Positions 9,533 through 18,713 of a DNA stretch of 64,000 bases are shown one piece after another (within the stretch, counting starts at the first letter, position 1; each line of letters starts with the position of its first letter). The notes below the pieces were generated by a model, which was not told the origin of the DNA, ran no database searches, and saw nothing but the letters and a program-made list of their open reading frames with translations. This DNA is from an uncultured Candidatus Saccharibacteria bacterium (GTDB lineage Bacteria > Patescibacteriota > Minisyncoccia > Phycocordibacterales > JACOZG01). The stretch lies in NCBI GenBank assembly GCA_964448295.1, contig CAYUVV010000001.1:23838-87837 (forward strand), given 5' to 3'. A program made the translations under genes and the position numbers.

Positions 9533-9569
9533 CCCCTCGTCTCCAACAGGAGACGCGGGGCGGTTTTTT
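9533..9569 (+). terminator. Rho-independent terminator
   Basis: Stem CCCCTCGTCTCC / GGAGACGCGGGG with a 4-nt loop, then CGG and TTTTTT. Confidence 0.6.
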
Positions 9570-9603
9570 GTGATCGTCGATTGGGTTGTGCTATACTTTT
9601 TTT

Positions 9604-10209
9604 ATGCACCAGTTACCCTCCTTGCCTTACGAATACAACGCCCTCGAGCCGCACATTGATGAAGCGACGATGCGTTTGCATCACGGCAAACATCATCGTG
9701 GTTACGTTGATAAATTGAACGCCGCGCTCGAAAAATATCCTGTTTGGCAAGAGAAAACCCTCGACGAGCTCTTGCTTAACTTGAAAGCGTTACCCGAGGA
9801 GATCAAGGAGACGATAGCGAATAACGGTGGTGGGCATTATAACCACAGTTTGTTCTGGACCTTGCTGGCTCCGGCCGCTGGCTCGATGTCTGGTCCGGGC
9901 GCGCTGATTCTTAAGCTACTTGAAAAAGATTTTACTAGTTTAGAAAATTTTAAAAGAATTTTTACGGAGACCGCGCTAAAAGTTTTTGGTTCTGGCTGGG
10001 TGTGGCTCGTCAAAGACGGAGCGCAGAAATTAGTTGTTATTAGTTTGCCCAACCAAACCACTCCGATAACTTACGGCCAACCAATCTTGGGCTTGGATGT
10101 GTGGGAGCACGCTTATTATCTTAAGTATCAGAACCGGCGAGCGGATTACATAACGGCCTTTTGGTCGGTGGTTAACTGGCGCGAGGTGGAAAAGCGCCTT
10201 ACCTCTTGA
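9604..10209 (+). CDS. Fe/Mn-family superoxide dismutase
   Basis: LPSLPYEYNALEPHIDEATMRLHHGKHH and DVWEHAYYLKYQNRRADYI motifs. Start chosen at MHQLPSLPY. Confidence 0.85.
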   Translation: MHQLPSLPYEYNALEPHIDEATMRLHHGKHHRGYVDKLNAALEKYPVWQEKTLDELLLNLKALPEEIKETIANNGGGHYNHSLFWTLLAPAAGSMSGPGALILKLLEKDFTSLENFKRIFTETALKVFGSGWVWLVKDGAQKLVVISLPNQTTPITYGQPILGLDVWEHAYYLKYQNRRADYITAFWSVVNWREVEKRLTS

Positions 10210-10243
10210 TTTAAGTAAAATAGTGTGTTAGCTTGTAAAAATT

Positions 10244-11194
10244 ATGGAGGATCTCAATAAAAATCAGATAGTTTTGTTGACCTTACTCGTTAGTTTCGTT
10301 ACTTCAATTGCGACGGGCATCGTGACGGTTACGTTGATGGACCAGGCGCCGGCCGGGGTAACGCAAACCATCAACCAAGTGGTGGAGCGAACAATCGAAC
10401 GGGTGGTGCCGGCGGAAACACAGACGACGACCGTGATTCGGGAGGTGCCCGTAGTTGTAACAGAAGAAGAGCAGGTGGTTAAAGCCGTGGCCGCGGCCTC
10501 ACCAGCCCTGGTGCGCTTGGCGCTCGTGCCGGAGAAAGATGATCTGTTGGTAATTGAGGCAGTGGCGATCGGGTTTATCACTGGCGATTCCGGTTTGATC
10601 ATTTCTAGCCAGCCGATTTTTCCCATTTCTGCCGCCGTGCCGGTTGCGGCCACGAAAAAATTAACGACGGAGCCAAACAAATTGCACGCCGTGCTCGCTG
10701 ATGGACGATCTTTGCCGATTAAACCAATTGGGGACAATCTGCTTACCCGTTTGGGCGAGGGTGGGTCGGCGAGCCAAAACGCTCGTGGCGTTAGCGCTTG
10801 GCAAATTGATTTGTCGGCGGAAGAGGTAGCCAAATTGCCGCATGTTGATATGTCTCTTGATCAGCTCGTTGTCGGCCAAAGGGTTTTGGCTTTGGGGTTG
10901 GACGCTTCCGGCCGGCCGTTGGTGGAAGATGGTATTGTTTCAGGCGGGCCGGCCTTATCGGCTATCGGTGGGAGAATGGCCACAACGACCGCTACCACCA
11001 CTCCAACCATTCCTCCAGCGGTTGGAAATTTCTTGATTATCACCGACGCGGTGACGGCCGAAAATGCCGGCGGCCCGCTTTTGAGTTTGAGCGGTCGAGT
11101 GGTGGGTGTTAATTTGTCGGCCGGTCGCGCTCTGCCGAGCGCGACCTTGCTCGCTCTGCTTGCCGAGGCTGTTAACGACGCAACGAGCCGCTAA
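10244..11194 (+). CDS. Membrane protein with a degenerate, probably inactive, trypsin-like (S1C/HtrA-type) domain
   Basis: N-terminal TM helix. The C-terminal ENAGGPLLSLSGRVVGVNLSAG matches the HtrA GNSGGPL...GINTA block, but the catalytic Ser is Ala and the His region reads ...ISSQ. Confidence 0.4.
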   Translation: MEDLNKNQIVLLTLLVSFVTSIATGIVTVTLMDQAPAGVTQTINQVVERTIERVVPAETQTTTVIREVPVVVTEEEQVVKAVAAASPALVRLALVPEKDDLLVIEAVAIGFITGDSGLIISSQPIFPISAAVPVAATKKLTTEPNKLHAVLADGRSLPIKPIGDNLLTRLGEGGSASQNARGVSAWQIDLSAEEVAKLPHVDMSLDQLVVGQRVLALGLDASGRPLVEDGIVSGGPALSAIGGRMATTTATTTPTIPPAVGNFLIITDAVTAENAGGPLLSLSGRVVGVNLSAGRALPSATLLALLAEAVNDATSR

Positions 11195-11204
11195 CCCATT
11201 TTTT

Positions 11205-13910
11205 ATGCCGCCGTTTTCTAATTTTACCGCCAAGGCCAAGGAGATTATCCGTCGGAGTCAGGAATTGGCGGTAGAGCGAGGGCAAAATCAAGTTAATCCG
11301 TTGCACTTGCTGGCCGGTATGCTGGTGCTCGAAGACAGTGGTTTGTTGGCCATTTTAGAACGTCTAGAGATCGACACGATGGCTCTTACTGACTACGTGA
11401 TTGAGGGTTTGGAGGGTGGGACGGGCGGCATGGTGGCCTCGCCCTCTTACCAACTTTATCTTACCCCAGAACTCGTTCGGGTTTTTGATGCCTCGGGCAA
11501 AATTGCCGCTAATTTGCAAGATGATTTTATCGGTCCGGAACATTTGTTGCTTGCTTTGTTTGAGTCGCCTAATCAGGCCCACGAAACCCTGAACCGTTTT
11601 CGCGTCAACCGCGAAGCGGTGGTGCGGGTGGTTCAGGAATTGCGTTCCGGCAAGATTACCGACGCTACCCCGCAGAAGCGTTTCCGCGCGATTGAAAAAT
11701 TTACCAAAAATTTAACGGCGATGGCCCGGCAAGACAAACTTGACCCCGTGATCGGCCGGGAAGAAGAAACCCAACGGGTGATGGAGATTCTTTCCCGCCG
11801 AACAAAAAATAACCCTATCCTCATCGGCGAAGCCGGCACGGGCAAAACGGCGATTGCGGAAGGTTTGGCCTTGCGCATTGCCCGCGGCGATGTGCCGGAG
11901 TCGTTGCGCGGGCGCGAACTCGTTTCTCTTGACCTCGGCTTGCTTGTGGCTGGCACCAAATATCGCGGCGAGTTTGAAGATCGTTTAAAAAATGTTTTGA
12001 AAGAGATTGAACGGGCGGAAGGCAAGATCTTGGTATTTATTGACGAAATTCACACCATTGTTGGCGCGGGCGCGGCCGAGGGGGCGATTGACGCCTCCAA
12101 CATGCTCAAGCCGGCGCTTGCGCGTGGCGAGTTGCGAATGATCGGCGCGACAACGATCAAAGAGTATCAACGCCACATCGAGAAAGATCAAGCCCTGACA
12201 CGGCGTTTCCAACCCGTGCATGTGGAAGAGCCTGGACCGGATGACGCCATCGCCATTTTGCGTGGTCTAAAAGACAAATATGAAGCCCATCACGGTATTC
12301 ATATTACCGACGACGCGCTGGTAGCTGCCGTCAACCTCTCTCGCCGCTACATCACCGATCGTTTTTTGCCAGACAAGGCGATCGATTTGATTGACGAGGC
12401 CGCCTCGTCTCTGCGTTTGCAACTGGAGAACAAGCCCGCCTCGCTTGAGGAAGCCCAGACCAAGATCATTCGCTTGGAGGTGGAACGCGAGGCCCTGCGC
12501 CAAGAACTTAAATCGAAAGATGATAATGAAGGGCTGAAGACGCGCTTAACGGAAGTGGAGAAAAAAATTGCTGATTTGAAAGACGAAACGCGTGATGTGG
12601 AACGTCGGTGGCAGAACGAAAAAGGCGTAATCGGGGAGATCAAGAAACTGAAGGCGGATATTGAAACCGCGCGCCAAGATGCTGACCAGGCCGAGCTCGT
12701 GGTAGATCTAGCGCGAGCGGCGGAAATTCGTTATGGTCGTTTGCCCGAACTGGAGCGCGCTCTGCAACAGAAGAAAACCAGACTGAAGCGTTTGCAAAGC
12801 CGGCGCCAGATTTTAAAAGAAGAAATCACCGAAGAAGAAATTGCGCGGGTGGTGGCGCGCTGGACGCACATTCCGGTAACGCGGATGCTCGAGGAAGAAG
12901 CGACCAAGCTTCAACGTCTAGAGGAAGAGTTGCGCGCTCGTGTTCGCGGTCAGGCCGAGGCCATCCGCAAGGTGGCCGAGGCCATCAAGCGTTCGCGCGC
13001 GGGCATTGCTGACCCCGACCGTCCGATAGGTTCATTTATCTTTCTCGGGCCAACTGGCGTCGGTAAAACCGAGTTGGCCCGCGCGCTCGCTGCTTTTATG
13101 TTTAATGACGAAAAGTCATTGGTGCGGGTGGATATGTCGGAATATATGGAGAAACACTCCGTTTCGAAAATGATCGGTTCACCGCCTGGTTACGTTGGTC
13201 ACGACGAGTCGGGCGCGCTGACGGAGACGATCCGCCACCGTCCCTACTCCGTTCTGCTTTTCGACGAGGTTGAAAAAGCGCATTCTGAGGTGTTTAACGT
13301 TTTGTTGCAGGTGCTTGATAACGGCCGATTAACAGATTCTAAGGGTCGGGTCGTCAATTTCAAAAACACAATTATTTTGCTGACTTCAAATATCGGGAGC
13401 GAATTTATGGAGCGTCTCCAACGGATCGGTTTTTCTGATCATCAGCGCACGCCGGACGAGGAATTCAACGATACCAAGCAGAAAATTATAGAGAGCTTAA
13501 AACGTCATTTTCGGCCTGAGTTTCTGAATCGGTTGGACGACGTGGTAATTTTCAATCCCTTATCGCCGACGGTGATTCGCGAAATTGTGGATCTCCAAAT
13601 CGAAGTCGTCGCTAAGCGTTTGCGCGAGAAGGGGATTGAATTAAAGTTAACACCGGAGACGGTGGAATATTTGGCGCGCGAGGGTTACAGCCGTGAGTAC
13701 GGCGCGCGGCCGCTTAAACGTCTAATCCAAACCAAAATTTTAAATCCGGTGGCCGAGTTTATCATTGGTCGGCAGGTGGAGCATGGTGGAATTGTTAATG
13801 TGGAAATGACTGACGGCGAGCCGAAAGTCGAACTGAAACGGGCTTACAAGAGTGATCGAGCGGGGCGTGGTAGTCGCACCCGGCAGCCTGTGTCTTCCAA
13901 CACCCAGTAG
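11205..13910 (+). CDS. clpB: Chaperone ClpB (Hsp100 AAA+ disaggregase)
   Basis: Two AAA+ modules ([15 protein letters not shown]; [15 protein letters not shown]) with a long coiled-coil M-domain between them. ATG at 11205; the track ORF starts upstream at 11106 in the same frame. Confidence 0.9.
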   Translation: MPPFSNFTAKAKEIIRRSQELAVERGQNQVNPLHLLAGMLVLEDSGLLAILERLEIDTMALTDYVIEGLEGGTGGMVASPSYQLYLTPELVRVFDASGKIAANLQDDFIGPEHLLLALFESPNQAHETLNRFRVNREAVVRVVQELRSGKITDATPQKRFRAIEKFTKNLTAMARQDKLDPVIGREEETQRVMEILSRRTKNNPILIGEAGTGKTAIAEGLALRIARGDVPESLRGRELVSLDLGLLVAGTKYRGEFEDRLKNVLKEIERAEGKILVFIDEIHTIVGAGAAEGAIDASNMLKPALARGELRMIGATTIKEYQRHIEKDQALTRRFQPVHVEEPGPDDAIAILRGLKDKYEAHHGIHITDDALVAAVNLSRRYITDRFLPDKAIDLIDEAASSLRLQLENKPASLEEAQTKIIRLEVEREALRQELKSKDDNEGLKTRLTEVEKKIADLKDETRDVERRWQNEKGVIGEIKKLKADIETARQDADQAELVVDLARAAEIRYGRLPELERALQQKKTRLKRLQSRRQILKEEITEEEIARVVARWTHIPVTRMLEEEATKLQRLEEELRARVRGQAEAIRKVAEAIKRSRAGIADPDRPIGSFIFLGPTGVGKTELARALAAFMFNDEKSLVRVDMSEYMEKHSVSKMIGSPPGYVGHDESGALTETIRHRPYSVLLFDEVEKAHSEVFNVLLQVLDNGRLTDSKGRVVNFKNTIILLTSNIGSEFMERLQRIGFSDHQRTPDEEFNDTKQKIIESLKRHFRPEFLNRLDDVVIFNPLSPTVIREIVDLQIEVVAKRLREKGIELKLTPETVEYLAREGYSREYGARPLKRLIQTKILNPVAEFIIGRQVEHGGIVNVEMTDGEPKVELKRAYKSDRAGRGSRTRQPVSSNTQ

Positions 13911-14638
13911 CTGTTTTGACCCAATTTTCTTTGTGTGTTAGATTGCCCGAGGAGGCAGAACACTTTTGAAAGGGTTTAAATTGAAAAGAAATTTGTTGGT
14001 CAAGGTTGATGACGCTGGCGGTCTTCGTTGTCCCGCGTTGTTGGTAACTTATCACCGAGACTGGTTATACAGAGTACCCGAGTCTGCTTGCCGCTGTTTG
14101 CTAAGTAGGCAAGACGTGGCTGATCGTTGGAGTTTTCCAGCATCGTCATTGGACTGGACGCTAGAAAGCAGTTTGCCTGGCCCGTTTTCGTTGGCAGATT
14201 TTCCTGGCGATTTGGAAAGGAGAGGTTATCGTGTGGTGGATGCTTCTTGCCGTGCTGACAAACGTCGCACTATTCTCCGTTTCTTGCTTGCGACCAAGGA
14301 TTTTGCGCCACGTTATCAGGCGGCGACGGGGGAAATTTCTTCTCAATGGTATGTTATTCGTGGTGTCTTGGATCGCGTGTCGCGATCATCGAGAGCAACA
14401 TCGGCAACGCTATATCGCCATCGATCAGTTAGCAAGCCTGCCGCTCTCGATCTGTATTGCGCTGCTCGAGCCCTAACTTCTCGACACAGCGATAGTATTA
14501 ACCGGCGCCCGGCGGCTGTTCCGCGATAATGTTATCGTGCCCGTCGGTCGTCTGTCCTGGCCCGGTATGCAACACTGTTGCGCGCCGGGTCTTTTCTTTT
14601 GCGCGATTTTTTGTAAAGATATCTAATAGTTTTTGAAG

Positions 14639-14725
14639 GCGTCGGTGGCGGAGTGGTCAATCGCACTTGACTGTAAATCAAGCGCCCTTCGGGCTACGTA
14701 GGTTCGAATCCTACCCGGCGCACCA
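14639..14725 (+). tRNA. tRNA-Tyr(GTA), CCA encoded
   Basis: Acceptor GCGTCGG/CCGGCGC, D-arm GCG-GAGTGGTCAAT-CGC, anticodon loop CTGTAAA, long variable arm, T-arm GTAGG-TTCGAAT-CCTAC, A-CCA. Confidence 0.8.
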
Positions 14726-14964
14726 TTTAGAAAAGGTCAATGCCTCGCGCTCGCGTCGCTCGCGCTCGGCTGTCATTTTGTATTCAATTTTGGGCTCAAA
14801 AACAAATTGGCGGTTTCGCATTCGGGGAAAAGAAAAATTTTTCAAACATCCACAAGAGGCAACACTTGCCGCCTCTTGACTTTAACGAGCCCCTTGCGGA
14901 ATACATTTTGCTCTGGGCTCTCACTTTTTATAGATTTTAAATTAAGTTTTCATAAAAGAATTTG

Positions 14965-14989
14965 CCGCCAAAGAAAAATTGGAAATTGT
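14965..14989. repeat. 25-nt exact repeat copy A (CCGCCAAAGAAAAATTGGAAATTGT), preceded by GAATTTG
   Basis: Identical 25-mer at 63181..63205. Both copies are intergenic and preceded by GAATTTG; copy B carries a 4-nt TATT insertion. Confidence 0.6.
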
Positions 14990-15109
14990 TAAAAAAGTTA
15001 ACTTTCTCATTTTAGCCGATTATTTGTGACAAAATTGACGGTCGTCAATTTTGTCACACCGAAGTGCGCATCCTTGGTTTTTAAATTAGTGAGGTTGCTT
15101 TAGTGGCGC

Positions 15110-16366
15110 CTACTTCGATCTGATTGTTGCGTTAAATTCGCCGGTAACGGCTTGTTCGAGTGCGTGGTGCCGCTTGTCTACCTCGGCATTGGTAAGGGTG
15201 CGGTTGAGATGGCGATAGGTAATCCGGAAAGTGTAACTTTTTTTGCCGATCCCAAATTTTTTATCATCGGTGTACTCATCTAGCAACTTGAGCTCCTCGA
15301 TCAATTCGTCGCCGATCACCTCACGGGCGAGCTCGTAATAACGATTAAGATTAAATTTCGTCGTCGTCACGACAAAAGAGATGTCGCGGACGACGGCCGG
15401 ATATTTGCTCACTGGTTGGTAAACGGTATCAATATCTTTGAACTGCTTTAAGACTCGCGGATCATTCGAGCGGAGGAGGCGGATGTCTGGGATTTTCATC
15501 TTAATCATCGCCAAGCGATCGGCGCCGAAGCCGAAAGCCCAGCCGTTATATTTTTCGGGGTCAAGGCCCAGGTTTTTAATCACGGCCGGATGGACGATGC
15601 CGGCGCCCAAAATTTCTACCCAGCGGTTGTCCCAAGCGATTTCCATTTCCAGACTCGGGTCGGTGTAGGGATAGTGTTCGACGTTGAATCTCCCCTCTAT
15701 TTTTTTTCCGAACAAGGCCCGCGCTACTTCCCACAACACGTCCTCCAAATCGGTTTGGGTAATTTTTTGCTGTTCGTGTTTAACGAGATAGAGGCCGTCA
15801 ATATGGTGGAGAACGTTGGTGTGTTGCCAGTCAATTTCATCCCGACGGTAAACTGTGCCATAGCAGAGTACGCCCGCCGCGCCCCCACTCTCTAATTTTT
15901 GGCGCACGGCCGGAATGTCCAAATAGTATTTCCACATCAAACTGGTGTGGGGGCGGAGGATATGTGTTGGCGTGGCGTAGTAGGTATCGCTTCGGCTCCG
16001 GGCCGGATGATCCGCCGGGAAGTTGAACAGATCAAAGACAACGGCGGCCGGAATGATTTCCGGTGTCGTAATCAAATCAAAATCTTGAAAGCGAGGTAGA
16101 CTGATTACGCGTTCGGTGATGGCGGCCACCGGATTGCCCGGTGTTCGTGTCAGATCGGGAAGGGCGAGATAGCGGAGGAGGCGCCTGGCCTCGGTATCAC
16201 CCCGCGTTTTCAGAGTTTGGCGAATCTCGTTCTCTTCTTTAAGAGAAACCTCGTAAATTTGGCGCATAATATCCACGGGTTGCTTTCTGATTCGCTTTAT
16301 ACTACCATTCGTGGGCAATAAATTCCATATGTCCCAAGACCAGCTGATCAAAATTGTTTGCGGCAA
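15110..16366 (-). CDS. Single-chain (mitochondrial-type) phenylalanyl-tRNA synthetase: PheS-like catalytic core fused to a C-terminal FDX-ACB anticodon-binding domain
   Basis: Class II core motifs (FPADHPARSRSDTYY...LRPHTSLMW; FGFGADRLAMIKMKIPDIRLL). The C-terminal KYPAVVRDISFVV...SYTFRITYRHLNRTLTNAEVDKRHHALEQAV resembles the FDX-ACB/B8 fold normally found at the PheT C-terminus. An internal ATG at 16267 (MRQIYEV) is a possible alternative start. Confidence 0.7.
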   Translation of the reverse strand: MPQTILISWSWDIWNLLPTNGSIKRIRKQPVDIMRQIYEVSLKEENEIRQTLKTRGDTEARRLLRYLALPDLTRTPGNPVAAITERVISLPRFQDFDLITTPEIIPAAVVFDLFNFPADHPARSRSDTYYATPTHILRPHTSLMWKYYLDIPAVRQKLESGGAAGVLCYGTVYRRDEIDWQHTNVLHHIDGLYLVKHEQQKITQTDLEDVLWEVARALFGKKIEGRFNVEHYPYTDPSLEMEIAWDNRWVEILGAGIVHPAVIKNLGLDPEKYNGWAFGFGADRLAMIKMKIPDIRLLRSNDPRVLKQFKDIDTVYQPVSKYPAVVRDISFVVTTTKFNLNRYYELAREVIGDELIEELKLLDEYTDDKKFGIGKKSYTFRITYRHLNRTLTNAEVDKRHHALEQAVTGEFNATIRSK

Positions 16367-16492
16367 ATGCCAGCGGATTAACTATTGGAGTCGCAAAAAC
16401 AAAAAACTTGTTACCCGCAAGATTGAGCTCTCGAAGTTTTGCCGCCATTGCCGTTCTCACACGAAACACAAGGAGGGGAAAAAATAGAACAC

Positions 16493-16567
16493 TGGCGGGT
16501 CCGCCGCGACTCGAACGCGGAACCTCGGTTTTGGAGACCGATGTTTTACCATTGAAACTACAGACCC
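16493..16567 (-). tRNA. tRNA-Trp(CCA), CCA encoded
   Basis: Reverse complement reads GGGTCTG TA GTTT-CAATGGTA-AAAC, anticodon loop CTCCAAA, T-arm CCGCG-TTCGAGT-CGCGG, acceptor 3' CGGACCC, G-CCA. Confidence 0.85.
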
Positions 16568-16589
16568 AGACAAGCCAAATATAACTGAT

Positions 16590-17519
16590 TTAGCGCAGAA
16601 AGTCACTGACTAGTTTTTCGGCCTCGCGCGCGCCTTGTACCCAACGCGCGTTTGGTACGCGGCGGAACCAAGTGAGTTGGCGTCGAGCGTAGCGCCAAAT
16701 AGCGGTTTCGAGTTTGTTTCGCAAAGCCAAAATTTTCGAGCGCTTTAACCTAAAGGGCTCCGACGCGTCTCGAAAATTTTGGCTTTGCTCCATTAAAAAC
16801 TGTGAGACCAAACGATATTCAAGCCCCAAATCATTTAACCGCCGCCACGACAAACCGGTTTGTCGCAGACGAACCACCTCGGTGATTAAACCGGCGCGCA
16901 ATCTTTTAGTTAGCCGGCGTTTAATTTTTTGGCGCAAGTTGGCGTCTGGCGGCCGCAAGACCAGATATAAGACGTTGGTGTTTATTTGGAGATTGGGTTT
17001 TGGCGGTACTTGCCCGAGCGTCTCGGCGATCTCAATTGCTCGTATCAAGCGGTGACGATTTTGCCTATCAATCTCCCGCGCTCTCCCGGGATCAAGTTTG
17101 GCCAACCGTTTCCACAGTTCGTCGGTTGGCAGTTTCTCCAGTTGCCGGCGGAGCGCGGGTTTGGGTTTAACGGACGGCAGAGACGTGCCGCTGATCAGGG
17201 TTTGAATGTAAAAGCCGGTGCCGCCGCAGATGATTGGTAGTCGTTTGCGGCGGACGATCCCCCTGAAAGCGCGCCGCGCCAGCTTCTCGTATTGAGCGGC
17301 GGTGAAGACACGTTTAGGGCTGGCCACGTTAAGCAGGTGATGTCGTACGCCTTTTTGCTCGACTGGTGTGATTTTGCCGCTACCGAGATCAAGGCCGCGG
17401 TAAACCTGACGAGAATCGGCCGAGATTATTTCACCGTTAAAGCGGCGGGCTAGACGAACCGCCAGATCGCTTTTGCCGCTGGCAGTCGGCCCGGCGACGA
17501 TCACCATTTTCATCCCCAC
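16590..17519 (-). CDS. miaA: tRNA dimethylallyltransferase
   Basis: N-terminal P-loop MVIVAGPTASGKSDLAVRLARRFNGEIISADSRQVYRGLDLGSGK. 309 aa. Confidence 0.85.
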   Translation of the reverse strand: MGMKMVIVAGPTASGKSDLAVRLARRFNGEIISADSRQVYRGLDLGSGKITPVEQKGVRHHLLNVASPKRVFTAAQYEKLARRAFRGIVRRKRLPIICGGTGFYIQTLISGTSLPSVKPKPALRRQLEKLPTDELWKRLAKLDPGRAREIDRQNRHRLIRAIEIAETLGQVPPKPNLQINTNVLYLVLRPPDANLRQKIKRRLTKRLRAGLITEVVRLRQTGLSWRRLNDLGLEYRLVSQFLMEQSQNFRDASEPFRLKRSKILALRNKLETAIWRYARRQLTWFRRVPNARWVQGAREAEKLVSDFLR

Positions 17520-17590
17520 ATCCTAAGCCGAAATTTTCCCCGTCGACAAGATTTGCGGAACCGGACGGCAAATGATAAACTGCTGACACC

Positions 17591-17791
17591 ATGGTTGTAC
17601 GAATGCGGCATAATCGTTCCCAGACCCGTCAGCGTCGGAGTCACCACGCGCTCTGTTCGCCGGCGTTAACGCGTTGTGCCAATTGCGGGGTCTGGCGGCG
17701 GAAGCATCGGGCCTGTCTTGATTGCGGTTTTTACCGTGGCCGGCAGGTTTTGACTGTTCGAGCAAAAGCGGAGAAGAAGACCAAAAATTAA
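17591..17791 (+). CDS. rpmF: 50S ribosomal protein L32 (zinc-ribbon form)
   Basis: [21 protein letters not shown] followed by CxxC...CxxC. Confidence 0.8.
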   Translation: MVVRMRHNRSQTRQRRSHHALCSPALTRCANCGVWRRKHRACLDCGFYRGRQVLTVRAKAEKKTKN

Positions 17792-17805
17792 GTTTTTTAA
17801 AATTT

Positions 17806-18711
17806 ATGGCGAATCGGCATCTATCGCGGAGCATCGCTCTGCAGTCGCTTTTTGAGTGGGATTTCCGCGAGGCGGCGCCCCTAGAGTTGCCAGTGATTTT
17901 GCGACGTAACGCCGCCGAGTTTGCCCCGGGTTTGACCGATCTCTCCTTCTCCGAACAGTTAACGGAAGGAGTTTTGGCCAACCAGAAAGAAATTGACGGT
18001 GTGATTGAAAAAGCGGCCCCGGAGTGGCCGGTTGATCGGATTGCTTTCGTGGATCGGAGTATTCTGCGCTTGGGTTTGTTTGAGCTTATTTTTGGTGACC
18101 GGAGTGCTGTGCCGGCGCGGGTGGCCATTAACGAGGCGATCGAGTTGGCGAAGACTTTTGGCGGCGAGTCGAGCGGCAAGTTTGTGAATGGGGTCTTGGG
18201 CACGGTGTATCGCGAGATGGGTGAGCCAGATCGCGACGAAATTCCGGCCAAGAAACGACGAGTCACTGATCTACCGCCCGAAAGTTGGCCGGTGGAAAAT
18301 TTGGCGGGAGCGGTAGTTTTCACTCATGAGGCGGGGGAGTTATATTTTGCTCTGGTACACGATGTGTTTGGTTACTGGACTCTCTCCAAAGGGCATATTG
18401 AAGATAACGAAACGCCGGAAGTGGGGGTGGCGCGCGAAGTGCGGGAAGAGTTGACGGTGGAGGTTATCGTTCGCGGCCAAATAGGTGGCAATGAATATGT
18501 GGCGAACGATCCGGAACGTGGCCGTGTGCGCAAGCGGGTTACCTATTTTTTGGCCGAAGTCGCTGGGGGGCGCGTTCCGTTGCGTTTGGGCGCCAAGGAG
18601 GGGCTCGATGACGCTCGTTGGTTTGCGGTGGACGAATTGTCTGGTTTGCGTCTGTATAACGATTTGGCGCCAATTATCACGAAAGGGGCGCAGCTTGCGG
18701 CTAAATTGTAA
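17806..18711 (+). CDS. nusB: NusB antitermination factor fused to a C-terminal NUDIX hydrolase domain
   Basis: The N-terminal ~140 aa is NusB-like (LFEWDF...AINEAIELAKTFGGESSGKFVNGVLG). The C-terminus carries a Nudix box GHIEDNETPEVGVAREVREELTV. ATG at 17806; the track ORF starts at 17722 in the same frame. Confidence 0.7.
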   Translation: MANRHLSRSIALQSLFEWDFREAAPLELPVILRRNAAEFAPGLTDLSFSEQLTEGVLANQKEIDGVIEKAAPEWPVDRIAFVDRSILRLGLFELIFGDRSAVPARVAINEAIELAKTFGGESSGKFVNGVLGTVYREMGEPDRDEIPAKKRRVTDLPPESWPVENLAGAVVFTHEAGELYFALVHDVFGYWTLSKGHIEDNETPEVGVAREVREELTVEVIVRGQIGGNEYVANDPERGRVRKRVTYFLAEVAGGRVPLRLGAKEGLDDARWFAVDELSGLRLYNDLAPIITKGAQLAAKL

Positions 18712-18713
18712 TT

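Noticed and set aside
11106-11204. Upstream extension of clpB to 11106 (also rplF to 31382, rplE to 30309, secG to 41822, S51 peptidase to 58090)
   Set aside because: Extensions overlap the preceding gene or are non-conserved. Internal ATGs coincide with canonical N-termini of these families.
13966-14529. 187-aa ORF in the gap before tRNA-Tyr
   Set aside because: Arg/Ser/Leu-rich, with no start context and no motif. Treated as non-coding (see finding on the gap).
14639-14725. Possibility that the tRNA-like sequence plus upstream gap is a tmRNA
   Set aside because: The element has a full D-arm and a GTA anticodon arm, and its acceptor pairs as a normal tRNA-Tyr. There is no tag-peptide reading frame and no tmRNA acceptor signature.
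17523-18323. 266-aa ORF on the minus strand overlapping rpmF and nusB
   Set aside because: Arg/Ser-rich antisense artefact. The plus-strand L32 and NusB-NUDIX genes are well supported.
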